DNA of 43,785 bases from a virus. Lineage: Duplodnaviria; Caudoviricetes. The notes beneath the pieces were generated by a model. The model ran no database searches. It was not told the origin of the DNA and saw only the letters and a list, made by a program, of their open reading frames with translations. Where the stretch lies: IMG/VR virus record IMGVR_UViG_3300021961_000184, positions 1-43,785 of that record; one strand, given 5' to 3'. The position numbers and the translations under genes were made by a program. Shown piece after piece: positions 1-8,628 of the stretch (the first letter of the stretch is position 1; every line of letters starts with the position of its first letter).

Positions 1-104
1 AACTCTTTCCCTACCGCCGTGGGAATCCCGACCTTCTTCGCAAACGCCGGGTTGTTTGCGACAGCCGTCATAAGGCGGTGCTGTGCGGGAGACTTGGAAG
101 GCAT
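1..104 (-). CDS. Small hypothetical phage protein, N-terminal part (runs off window)
   Basis: Own translation MPSKSPAQHRLMTAVANNPAFAKKVGIPTAVGKE; its ATG overlaps the TAA of the upstream ORF (TAATG). Confidence 0.7.
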   Translation of the reverse strand, partial: MPSKSPAQHRLMTAVANNPAFAKKVGIPTAVGKE

Positions 105-574
105 TAGATCAGCCTGCCTTTGGTTTTTCCGCGCATGGCGATACCATCCGCACGGCGAGAGGCGGAGGATTTTACAGCGCCGCCGCGAGCCATTTTTTTG
201 ATAGCTCCGCCTTTTTTATGCCCCGATTGATCATACGCAGCTTCATCACGCACTTCTTGGGGTATTTTTTTAAAATCTTTTACTGCTTGGCTAAAATCTT
301 TATTTGCATTAGCTTTATAAGTTGGCGATATTTTACTTAAAAAACCCCTACTTTCATCGGCGGCTTCCACAGCGCGTTTTCGTATGCTGTCCATTTCTTT
401 AGCGTCGGCTTTTTTTAGCGCGCTTTCAATCTGATCGGATGTGTAGCCTTTTGTCCCTTTCATAAATCCGGGGGCTGTATCTTCAATTTTAAGAAAATCA
501 GAACTGCGATGGTTTTTTCCAGCACCTTCCATAACCAGTTTGTTAGCACGTTCGTTATACTGACGGGTTCCCAT
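104..574 (-). CDS. Hypothetical basic virion-module protein with AxGG motif
   Basis: 156-aa ORF, GGAG RBS, C-terminus KKGGAIKKMARGGAV...RGKTKG. Confidence 0.7.
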   Translation of the reverse strand: MGTRQYNERANKLVMEGAGKNHRSSDFLKIEDTAPGFMKGTKGYTSDQIESALKKADAKEMDSIRKRAVEAADESRGFLSKISPTYKANANKDFSQAVKDFKKIPQEVRDEAAYDQSGHKKGGAIKKMARGGAVKSSASRRADGIAMRGKTKGRLI

Positions 575-583
575 GTTTTTCTC

Positions 584-853
584 CTATTTCTGTTGGCGTT
601 GGATGATGCGGTCAAGCTTCTCATCCATCTTGTCGAGTCGTGAGTCAATGCGGTTCTGGAACGCTGTCGTGGTGACTTTCTCGGTAGTTCTTTCGGCTTC
701 AACAATCGCCAACCGTTTATCTAGCGTAGTGTACGCGTAGACCACAGCAAAAGCCGCCATTCCAAAGCTAAGGATATCCGCTAGGCTGATTTCCTTCTTA
801 AACTTCCAAGGTTCTTTTTGGTATTCCAATCGCAGCTCCTTTAGCATTTCCAT
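584..853 (-). CDS. Small membrane protein (one TM plus coiled coil; possibly holin-like)
   Basis: Hydrophobic ILSFGMAAFAVVYAY followed by a heptad-like tail RIDSRLDKMDEKLDRII. Confidence 0.55.
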   Translation of the reverse strand: MEMLKELRLEYQKEPWKFKKEISLADILSFGMAAFAVVYAYTTLDKRLAIVEAERTTEKVTTTAFQNRIDSRLDKMDEKLDRIIQRQQK

Positions 854-1095
854 GCCCGCAGGCTTTTGTTAATACGAGAGTTGGGATCGGAAGCTGTTTT
901 CTTCGAGGTCAGTTTCTTCTTCATACCCTTCATACGCGCGCAGAAGCTGTCTCTCCGAGGGCCGCCTTCTGGCTGCGGCGCTTTCAAGCCGGGCTTTCCG
1001 GGATTGGCCGCGTTGTACGAGGCCCTCCCCTTCGCGTTCAAGCCACCTTTCGGATTCTTTCCTTCTTTCCTTTGCCATGCTGGACTCTTAGCCAT
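841..1095 (-). CDS. Conserved small basic phage protein (DUF6321-like)
   Basis: AWQRKEGKNPKGGLNAKGRASY...RRDSFCARM...SLRAWKC pattern, recalled from aquatic phage proteins; family name not verified. Confidence 0.6.
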   Translation of the reverse strand: MAKSPAWQRKEGKNPKGGLNAKGRASYNAANPGKPGLKAPQPEGGPRRDSFCARMKGMKKKLTSKKTASDPNSRINKSLRAWKC

Positions 1096-1852
1096 ATGCC
1101 ACCCTCAAAGGTTGTTCCTCTTCCAATTCTTGGGCAGCTTGAATCATTGGATAGAGGTAGTCTTCACCAAACGCGCCTTCGTATTCCATGACGCCCATGT
1201 GACCCAGTTTGATCGTGGGATCAACCCAGACCTGAAAGCCTTCGGCACGAGCCCGATCGCAGAAGTTGTAGTCCTCTCCGATATAACCTTCGGGGGTTGA
1301 TTTGAAGTCGAACAGGGAGTAGATCGTGCGGCCTGATGCCACATCATGGAAACGCCACTCGGGGTGGCGGTCGATCAGAACCTCGAATACTTGACGCTGC
1401 ACCATCATGAACCCAGTGCCCATCTGCTTCGCACGGGCGAGACCCATGGCGTCCATCAGCAGGTTGCCGTCTTCATCTTTATCAAGGTTCAAGTGGAACG
1501 TCTTTTCCTTCTTGCGGGCAACCCCCGTGCCGCCAACGATGTTCTTCGTACCAGCACCAGAGAATGCCAGCAGTCGAATAATGTCGTTGGGGTCAAACGT
1601 CATGTCGGCGTCGATGAACATCAACGTGTCGCACTCAGTCTGAAGGAAGTCATCTACCAGAAGGTTTCTGGCTCGGGAAACAACAGAACAGCCGCTGATT
1701 GTGCCCATGGCAAATTGAATGCCATACTGCGGGGCTAGTCGAGCGAACTCGACCAGCGACCCCATCAGCTTAACACCGACCTTAAAGTCGTACGCCGGTA
1801 TTGCGAAGAATAATTTTCTTCCGCTTACATCGAACTGCTGTTGATTTTGCAC
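1088..1852 (-). CDS. GT-A fold glycosyltransferase
   Basis: FAIP start, SRARN, MFIDAD (DxD), GTGFMMV, GEDYNFC and LGH motifs. Confidence 0.75.
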   Translation of the reverse strand: MQNQQQFDVSGRKLFFAIPAYDFKVGVKLMGSLVEFARLAPQYGIQFAMGTISGCSVVSRARNLLVDDFLQTECDTLMFIDADMTFDPNDIIRLLAFSGAGTKNIVGGTGVARKKEKTFHLNLDKDEDGNLLMDAMGLARAKQMGTGFMMVQRQVFEVLIDRHPEWRFHDVASGRTIYSLFDFKSTPEGYIGEDYNFCDRARAEGFQVWVDPTIKLGHMGVMEYEGAFGEDYLYPMIQAAQELEEEQPLRVAYG

Positions 1853-1855
1853 GCA

Positions 1856-2140
1856 TCACCCGTAGTAGGCAGTTACACCAGCCGCGCCGTTGATGTCGAG
1901 ATACAGACCGTTTTCCGCAAGGATGCCTTGTCCCGGAATCAGGACATTGAACGTACCAACGGCAGCCGTGCTGATCTCGACGACCTTGGTTCCAGAAGCT
2001 GCAGAAGCATTGTCATAAACGATCAACGCCGCCCCAGCCGAGGAAACCGAAACCGTAAGCCCCTTGAGGCGGGCGCGACCCGCAAAGATCACGCCATCCA
2101 CCGCAAGGTATTTCGATTTAACGTCAGTTTGCATCGCCAT
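1856..2140 (-). CDS. Small putative virion protein
   Basis: 94-aa beta-rich ORF with GGAGG RBS in the head operon. Confidence 0.6.
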   Translation of the reverse strand: MAMQTDVKSKYLAVDGVIFAGRARLKGLTVSVSSAGAALIVYDNASAASGTKVVEISTAAVGTFNVLIPGQGILAENGLYLDINGAAGVTAYYG

Positions 2141-2162
2141 GTTATGGCCCTCCTAAGTTGGA

Positions 2163-2696
2163 TTAGGAGTCAGCAAACGGAGTAGCAACGGTGCCAGAAC
2201 CCAGAAGAACGCCAGTGACGTAGTACTTGTTGGCAGCCAGAACCGTGCAGGTGATCCACGAACCCGCGATACCGCCGGTGGTCGTGCCGTTCAGCTTGAT
2301 GAAATCGTTAGCAGCGCCGGGGGCATAACCGGTCGTAGCACCAGCAGCATCCGTAGCAACCATCAGCAGCGAACCAACAAACTTGTCGGTGCCGTCGGTG
2401 ACGATATTCAGGGTGGTGGCAGCGGTCTCAATGAAGAACGTGTAGCTCGTACCGATGTTGTTCAGGGTGTTCGGGTCAGTGCCGGGGCCAGCAGACGTGG
2501 CGCTCGCGGTGGTAACAATCGTCGGCAGGGTGATGACCAGAGTGGCGTCGTTGGTGCGGATGACTTTGCCAGCGTAGGTCGGGACATCCAGCGTGATGGT
2601 GTTGGTGCCGTTCGCCAGATTGATAACGGTGTTCGGGCCTTGCGAGTAGAAGCCGCCAAGCGACTTTACCGGGCCTTCAAAAGTAGACAGTGCCAT
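2163..2696 (-). CDS. Putative virion structural/decoration protein
   Basis: T/G/A-rich 177-aa ORF directly downstream of the capsid gene, AAGGA RBS. Confidence 0.6.
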   Translation of the reverse strand: MALSTFEGPVKSLGGFYSQGPNTVINLANGTNTITLDVPTYAGKVIRTNDATLVITLPTIVTTASATSAGPGTDPNTLNNIGTSYTFFIETAATTLNIVTDGTDKFVGSLLMVATDAAGATTGYAPGAANDFIKLNGTTTGGIAGSWITCTVLAANKYYVTGVLLGSGTVATPFADS

Positions 2697-2708
2697 GGCA
2701 AATCCTTT

Positions 2709-2782
2709 CGTGTGTTAGCACATCCCCGCATCGTCTCTAACAAGTCTGCTGGGTCAGTCGATACGGGTAAAATCCCAGTGCA
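2709..2782 (-). ncRNA. Pseudoknotted RNA element downstream of the gpT-like capsid gene (candidate Mu-gpT-DE motif)
   Basis: 9-bp stem 2759-2767/2725-2733; loop segments can pair outside the stem (2774-2778 with 2749-2753; 2737-2742 with 2713-2718). Position fits the described Mu-gpT downstream element. Confidence 0.55.
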
Positions 2783-2803
2783 TGAAGTTTAAACGATTTC
2801 CAC

Positions 2804-2835
2804 AAAAATAGGGGGCCGAAGCCCCCTATTTTTTT
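2804..2835 (-). terminator. Rho-independent terminator after the major capsid gene (bidirectional)
   Basis: AAAAATAGGGGGC-CGAA-GCCCCCTATTTTTTT; UUCG loop on the minus strand. Confidence 0.9.
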
Positions 2836-2840
2836 GCTGC

Positions 2841-3749
2841 TTACGCGCCCGGACTGCCGAACGCGCCCAGCGGATCAGACCAACCAAAGCTGTAGCGCTC
2901 GCGAGACTTGTAACGGACGTTGCCGGTGTCGAAGTCTCCATCCATGCTGTTTGCCAGCGGGGTGCGGACGAAGTGCTTCAGACCATTCGGGACATCAGTG
3001 CAGAGGAACCAAGCGTTGGTATCCGTCAGGTAGTGATTGACGGTGTAACCACCCGGAATCGAGCCGTTGTTCTTCAGAGCGTTGATGTCGTTGTTGTTGG
3101 TACCAACACGCAGCTCGGTTTCGAGCAGACGAGTTGCAACGAACATCAGGTTCGGCGGAACAATCAGCTTGCGGGGCTTGGCGGCAATCAGCAGACCACG
3201 CTCGTCCGTCCAGCCAGCGATCTGAATAACAGCGGCCTCAAGCGAGGTCTCATTCAGGTCGGCAGCGGTAGCCGGTTCGTTGCTGTTGGTGCCACCAGAT
3301 ACCAACGGGTGTGCAGTCGAGAACAACTCAACGCCGTCACCGCCCTTGTAGCTGGACGAGAAACCGTTATTGAGAATGTTCGCAGCCTTAACCTGCTTGG
3401 TGTATGCCATCGCCCGAGCCAGAGCTTTGGTATACCGGGCAGACAGGGAATCGTACAGGTTATCTTCAACCGCCTCTTCGGTGATCGAGAAGCCCAGTGC
3501 GATGGTTTCGTGGTTGTAACGGGCAGTCCAAGCTTCCTGCGCATTGTCATACGCAATCGCGTTGCCCTCGTTTTTCACGGGGGCGGCGCTGAAGCCAGAC
3601 AGCTTCTGCTCTTCCTCGAAGGAACGCTCGGAGGTTTCGGTCTCGAAAATCTCCTTGTGCTCTTCGCCATAAGTCTCATAGTTCATGCCAAACAAGGCAT
3701 TGAGACCGGGGAGCAGCTCTTTAAGTAGCTGGGAACGTGAAATAGCCAT
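2841..3749 (-). CDS. Major capsid protein (Mu gpT-like)
   Basis: MAISRSQLLKELLPGLNALFG, GGDGVELFSTAHP, PRKLIVPP, RYKSRERYSFGWSDP; followed by a strong terminator. Confidence 0.9.
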   Translation of the reverse strand: MAISRSQLLKELLPGLNALFGMNYETYGEEHKEIFETETSERSFEEEQKLSGFSAAPVKNEGNAIAYDNAQEAWTARYNHETIALGFSITEEAVEDNLYDSLSARYTKALARAMAYTKQVKAANILNNGFSSSYKGGDGVELFSTAHPLVSGGTNSNEPATAADLNETSLEAAVIQIAGWTDERGLLIAAKPRKLIVPPNLMFVATRLLETELRVGTNNNDINALKNNGSIPGGYTVNHYLTDTNAWFLCTDVPNGLKHFVRTPLANSMDGDFDTGNVRYKSRERYSFGWSDPLGAFGSPGA

Positions 3750-3761
3750 GGTTCAGTCTCC

Positions 3762-4355
3762 TTACGCGCCAACGGCGTTTTGATACTGGTGCATACCGAA
3801 GTTCCACTTCACAATCACTTCAGTATACGAACCCAGCGAATTAGCCGTATCCGGCACGACATCGACGATACGAACCGGCAGAGCACCGTTCGTGGCGGTA
3901 GTGGCCGAAATTGCAACAGCCGAGTCGCCGGTGATCGTCGAACCAGTATTGTCCACCAGAGCCGCGTTCAGGCCAACAGCAGCTTGCGTCACACCGCTGA
4001 TAACGGTAGTGCCGGAAACCACAGCGACTTTGAACAGCGCATCGTAGTCATCGACCACGTAGGCTTTGATGTCAGCAGCCACGGTGCCAGCAGGGAAATA
4101 CTGCTTGAACACTTTCTGGTTGCTGTTGGGGTCGGTGTAGGTGCAGCCCATGAAAACACCAACGGGCGTCATTGCCGAATCAGCCGGATCACGGGTGATG
4201 TAGCCACCAGACAGTTTCACAGCGTCCCCGAAGAAAATCGAGGTGCCTTCACCGCTGGCAATTGCCATCAGACGGGTAGACCCAGCATAAACCTGACCAC
4301 CGATCAGGTTAACCGGCTTCAGCCCGTATGGGGCTGAGATAGTCGGATATGCCAT
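3762..4355 (-). CDS. Putative capsid decoration/cement protein
   Basis: 197 aa, APYGLKPV...IFFGDAV...GVFMGC; directly upstream of the capsid gene. Confidence 0.65.
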   Translation of the reverse strand: MAYPTISAPYGLKPVNLIGGQVYAGSTRLMAIASGEGTSIFFGDAVKLSGGYITRDPADSAMTPVGVFMGCTYTDPNSNQKVFKQYFPAGTVAADIKAYVVDDYDALFKVAVVSGTTVISGVTQAAVGLNAALVDNTGSTITGDSAVAISATTATNGALPVRIVDVVPDTANSLGSYTEVIVKWNFGMHQYQNAVGA

Positions 4356-4371
4356 TGTTTATACTCCTAAA

Positions 4372-4806
4372 TTAACCACGGCTCCCTCGCGTCGTCGTTG
4401 AAGACTTTTCGCTGAAAATGGGCATCCGTGGATCGTTTTCTCTCATAAGGTTTGCGTCTACTGCTTGAGCCTGCTTCCGGGTGACATCGGAGTAATACGC
4501 ATTCCGTTGCTCAACCAGTTCAGTCGGCGTCTTGCAGAGCATCAAACCACCAATTTCCAAATTTCCAGACTTTGTGCCAAAAGTCTGAAGTTCCGGATGG
4601 TCTTCGATTTTCACCGGCTCCCATCCTTCTGAATGCTTTGCGGCGACATTCTTGTTATCAGCCTGACCTGCTACGGCAGTTCTGATGTATCGGAATGAAT
4701 AACCGTCTTGGGGTGCTGGCGACGGAAGCAGTGAGGGCGGAGCCCAAACACGTTTCCGACCGTTGTTTTCGCGTGTTTCTTGATCACGGGGGGTTCTGTC
4801 AGACAT
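4372..4806 (-). CDS. Conserved head-module hypothetical protein
   Basis: Start taken at MSDRTPR (GGAG RBS); WAPPSLLP, GWEPV, GGLMLCK motifs. Confidence 0.7.
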   Translation of the reverse strand: MSDRTPRDQETRENNGRKRVWAPPSLLPSPAPQDGYSFRYIRTAVAGQADNKNVAAKHSEGWEPVKIEDHPELQTFGTKSGNLEIGGLMLCKTPTELVEQRNAYYSDVTRKQAQAVDANLMRENDPRMPIFSEKSSTTTRGSRG

Positions 4807-4807
4807 T

Positions 4808-5731
4808 TTATTGCTCCTTTTGAACTTGTGCTGCGTATTTGGCATAACGCTCCAACGGGATTCCAAGTCTCTTGGCAATCGATACTTGGCTTGTCGTCAG
4901 CCTAATCTTCCCTGACGGTTGTTCCGTTCGCGCTGCCGCCGCAACTACAGTCGCAGGCCGCCTTGTCTGGCCGAACTTCTGCGGGAATGCTTCCCGAATG
5001 CGAGCATCAATTTGCTCGAAGTAGGCCTCAGAACCAGCCTGATATCCTTTGGAAACAAGCTCGTCATGAAGCCCAAGTGCAGCACCGCGCATCACAGGGT
5101 CTGTGTCGAACCACTTATTGCTCTCCACCCACCGACTAGTGCGTTCGTCGGGGACGACCTGTGGAATTGTTTCTACATCTGACTGATTATTTTGTAAAGC
5201 TTTCTGGATTTGCTGAAACTGGGGTTGGTAGTTATCAACCTCACGCTTCTCCGATACAAAGGAAGCGAGGCGTTTCTGCGCATCGAGCATTTTCTCCACG
5301 TCACCGGATTCATGTGCCGACTTGTAATCCTGCTCTGCGGTCTGAATCTGCGCTTCGACGCCGGTTTTTCGGGCCTCAACATAGACCTTTTCACCGTTTT
5401 GCAGCCGTTCTTGCAGCAATCTGTTCTGTTCTGCCACGTTTTTTGCAAAACGAATGGCTTCCTGCTGCTCCCTGAAAGCTTTTTCCTTCTCACGTCGCTC
5501 ATCATGGTATGCGCGTCGTAAGTCCTTGATTCTTTTCTGAACATTTTCGCCATACTGCGCAATTTCGTCATCCGGAACCTCTACGGGGCCACCTTTTTTG
5601 CGCCCCCGATCAGCTTCTGGAGTGTCATCGACGACCTCCAAGTCAGATTGGGTCTCTAAAACCTCATCTGTAGGGTTTTCATCGACAATTTCGTAGTTCA
5701 GTTCTTCTTTTGCTGCAGTGTTTTCACTCAT
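4808..5731 (-). CDS. Capsid scaffolding protein
   Basis: Acidic N-terminus, long coiled coil, C-terminal IAKRLGIPLERYAK; lies between portal and capsid genes. Confidence 0.7.
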   Translation of the reverse strand: MSENTAAKEELNYEIVDENPTDEVLETQSDLEVVDDTPEADRGRKKGGPVEVPDDEIAQYGENVQKRIKDLRRAYHDERREKEKAFREQQEAIRFAKNVAEQNRLLQERLQNGEKVYVEARKTGVEAQIQTAEQDYKSAHESGDVEKMLDAQKRLASFVSEKREVDNYQPQFQQIQKALQNNQSDVETIPQVVPDERTSRWVESNKWFDTDPVMRGAALGLHDELVSKGYQAGSEAYFEQIDARIREAFPQKFGQTRRPATVVAAAARTEQPSGKIRLTTSQVSIAKRLGIPLERYAKYAAQVQKEQ

Positions 5732-5740
5732 TTCTTCTCC

Positions 5741-6103
5741 TTACGCACGAGTAATACCTCTCGGATCGGCAACAACAGCCTCAACGGTGTCGTCGTTAAT
5801 GAGACGGAATTCCTGCTCTCCGTCCTTAGTTGCAATTTTGAATCGCGTACCGGAATACGAACGCATCATGATGAAGTCGCCCTCCTTGCACCACGGGCCA
5901 TTGGGGAATTTCTCCGTGTCCTTATAGGCAAGAGGGCCAAGTTTTTGAACAAGACCAACTATCGAGGCCATTTCTTCCCGCTTTGTATAATTTTCTGGCC
6001 TGACAAGCACGCTATTTTCAAAATTGTCTTTTAGCTTCGGTATCGCAATAAGAATGTGATACCCAGTCGGTTCAGGCATCTTCAGCTCTTTTTCTTCACT
6101 CAC
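5741..6103 (-). CDS. groES: Co-chaperonin GroES/Cpn10-like protein
   Basis: PTGYHILI, GLVQKLGPLAY, KEGDFIMMRSYSGT, RLINDDTVEAVV. Confidence 0.85.
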   Translation of the reverse strand: MSEEKELKMPEPTGYHILIAIPKLKDNFENSVLVRPENYTKREEMASIVGLVQKLGPLAYKDTEKFPNGPWCKEGDFIMMRSYSGTRFKIATKDGEQEFRLINDDTVEAVVADPRGITRA

Positions 6104-6266
6104 GCGGGGTTTCCTCTATCAGTCTAAGTGCTCGATTTATGCCCTTGATCTCACCCACCATTTCACGGTAATGCGGAAAATCTTTCGCCGTACCGTGAGC
6201 CAATGAATCAGCTAGGGCGTCCTTTTGTGCCTTGAGTTCCTTGTGAAGGTACTCTGCTAAATCCAA
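6096..6266 (-). CDS. Small hypothetical protein between portal and GroES (not in ORF track)
   Basis: TTG start after GGAG; own translation MDLAEYLHKELKAQKDALADSLAHGTAKDFPHYREMVGEIKGINRALRLIEETPRE; its stop overlaps the groES start region. Confidence 0.7.
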   Translation of the reverse strand: MDLAEYLHKELKAQKDALADSLAHGTAKDFPHYREMVGEIKGINRALRLIEETPRE

Positions 6267-8628
6267 GTTCAACTCCTTTCAACAACTGCTGGTTTGCCAA
6301 CTTTGCTGCGTTGTCTGCCTTTTTAGCGCCGATGGTTACACCGGCAACACCTGCTTGGGTATCGATGCGCTTGTTCTCTCGCGCATCCTTCAGTGATTGC
6401 TCCTGCTGTTTCAGGGAGAGTTCAGCCTGATCCATCGCCGCCTTATGCTGGAACTCCTGCTCTTTAAGTGCCAGCTCTCGCATCTGAATCTGGATTAGCG
6501 GGTCTTGCATCTGTTGCTGATTCTTCATCTGCTGGGCCTCAGCAGAATCCTTCTGCAGCAACTTGTCTGCAGCATCGGCCATGGCGCGGGACAAGGTAAC
6601 CTCGACCTCCGGCGGTAGCTGCTCATCTTCCGGCGGCAGGGACGCACCGAGCATCCTCTCGATCTCAATCCGGTACTGGAATGAGATATGCTCGTTGATG
6701 TGAGCCATCATGGCCGCCTGCATATTCTGTGCTTGAGGGCTTTGGCCAATCAGCATCTGGATTTTCGGGTCTTGCATTGCCGCCATGTGAACCCGGATAT
6801 GCGCTTCATGATCTTGGAAGCTGAATGCCTTAACCGGCTTCATGGTGATGACATCCATGTTTTCGCCAACCGGGTCTTTGGGCTTGAAATCCTCCTTCAG
6901 GGGAAGGATTTTTTGAATGTTACGGATTCCCAAAACCTCCAACATCTGCCGATGTAGGTGGGGCAGGTCATACAGCTCAGGAGCACCCTGAGCCAATTGC
7001 AGTGCGGCCTGATACTGAACAACCTTCTGCGCCATGGTGGTGGCATTTGGATCAGAGACTGGTATGACTTCAACCATGTCGTAGTCGGACTGCTTTGCCC
7101 GACGCGGGCCATCGGCCTCGTAGTCATACTCTGGCGGGGTGTAGTCCCGGATGATGGCGGCAAGCAGTTTAAACTCTTGACGCATTGCAGCATGCATCCG
7201 GGCCTGAACCGCAGACATCACCTTCAGGTTTCGCTCAAGGATGGCGAGGGTGGTTCCAACCGGAGAGTTGGCCGACATATCGGCAACCTTCAGGTCTGCC
7301 ACTGAGGCGAAGCGACGGCCCTCCTCAACGATGGTATTCATCAGGTTGTAGAGGGTTGGCGACGGCTCTTTGTAAGGCAGCGGAACGATCGAGTCTTTGA
7401 TGGTTGCACCAACAACGTCAACATCACGGAACTCACCCGGGGCAATCGGCGTGTCATCATTCTTGACCCGCATATCCTTCGATTTGAAGCCACCCGGTAG
7501 ATTGGACAGGGTTCCTGCATCCACCAGTTGACGCATCAGGGATGTGGCGGAATCAGCAAAACCACCAACCAAGTGGATCAGGCCGAAGCCATAAAAACCA
7601 AAACCCGGAATGTAGGGGTAATGCACGAAGTGCTGGCGACGCGCCCTCAGGGGGTCATCTTCAAGGTAATTCCTGCGGATAGCCAAAAGCTCTCCAGTGG
7701 AGAACATGGTGATCACATACGGAATCTTGATGCCGGTTTCATTGCCGTCTTCATCGACATCCTCGAAGCCCGGAAGATCAAGTTCGCAGTGGCACTCAAG
7801 GATGGTGTAACGATCGTCGTTGATCGATACCACACCGGTTTCCCTGTCCCGCTTCTCCTGAATGTCGCTCTTGAAATGGTCTGGACGCGGCAGGACATCC
7901 ATGTCCGCGTAAAAGCCAGCCGCCATCAGCTTCAGAATCTCGTTCTCGGTCTTGCGCATCCTGTGCGTGACTCGGGGGGCGGTATTCAGGTCGGAAGCGC
8001 CGTAGGGCACAATAATGTCTTCGGGCGGCACATACATAGAAACCTGCCTGCCCAAGTTCGGATCAAAATAAACCTTCTTGAAGGCAGAGCCGGCAAACGG
8101 AACAGTCCACAGAAGGCGCTCATGCTCTGGTCGGTATTCCGGCATCTCGTTGGTGAGCTGATAATTCATGTCCTCCGAGACGCGATTTGCAGCTTCTTCC
8201 TTCTCCCGGGTCATCTTCCCAAGAATCTGGGTTTTCACAGGGCCGGAGGCTGGGAAGGTAGAGAGGATCATCTCCGACTGGAACTTGACTACAGCCTCAG
8301 AGAGTAGCGGATGGAATACACCACAAGCGCCATCCCAAGGCTCAGTCCTTTGTTCTATCTTTAAGCCAAGCAGCTTGACACCATCGGCGTAGGTCTTTTC
8401 CCAGTCTCTGCGGGAATCCAGATCGTTCTTGATGACGCCAAGAACATCCTGAGACAGGGTCGGGATGATGGAGGGGTCGATCGAATCAAGGAGATTTTCC
8501 TCGAACGTCACTTCCTTGATCTCAACCTCAACGGTCGCTTCACCCTCTTCCGGATCAACTTCAATTTCAATTTCAAGTTCCGTCGGGATTTCGGGGTTGA
8601 TAGGCTCTAGCGGTTTAACGATATCCAT
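6208..8628 (-). CDS. Portal protein
   Basis: 806 aa directly after TerL; HPLLSEAVVKFQ, GSAFKKVYFD, GFYGFGLIH, Q-rich helical C-terminus. Confidence 0.85.
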   Translation of the reverse strand: MDIVKPLEPINPEIPTELEIEIEVDPEEGEATVEVEIKEVTFEENLLDSIDPSIIPTLSQDVLGVIKNDLDSRRDWEKTYADGVKLLGLKIEQRTEPWDGACGVFHPLLSEAVVKFQSEMILSTFPASGPVKTQILGKMTREKEEAANRVSEDMNYQLTNEMPEYRPEHERLLWTVPFAGSAFKKVYFDPNLGRQVSMYVPPEDIIVPYGASDLNTAPRVTHRMRKTENEILKLMAAGFYADMDVLPRPDHFKSDIQEKRDRETGVVSINDDRYTILECHCELDLPGFEDVDEDGNETGIKIPYVITMFSTGELLAIRRNYLEDDPLRARRQHFVHYPYIPGFGFYGFGLIHLVGGFADSATSLMRQLVDAGTLSNLPGGFKSKDMRVKNDDTPIAPGEFRDVDVVGATIKDSIVPLPYKEPSPTLYNLMNTIVEEGRRFASVADLKVADMSANSPVGTTLAILERNLKVMSAVQARMHAAMRQEFKLLAAIIRDYTPPEYDYEADGPRRAKQSDYDMVEVIPVSDPNATTMAQKVVQYQAALQLAQGAPELYDLPHLHRQMLEVLGIRNIQKILPLKEDFKPKDPVGENMDVITMKPVKAFSFQDHEAHIRVHMAAMQDPKIQMLIGQSPQAQNMQAAMMAHINEHISFQYRIEIERMLGASLPPEDEQLPPEVEVTLSRAMADAADKLLQKDSAEAQQMKNQQQMQDPLIQIQMRELALKEQEFQHKAAMDQAELSLKQQEQSLKDARENKRIDTQAGVAGVTIGAKKADNAAKLANQQLLKGVELGFSRVPSQGTQGTKGRPS

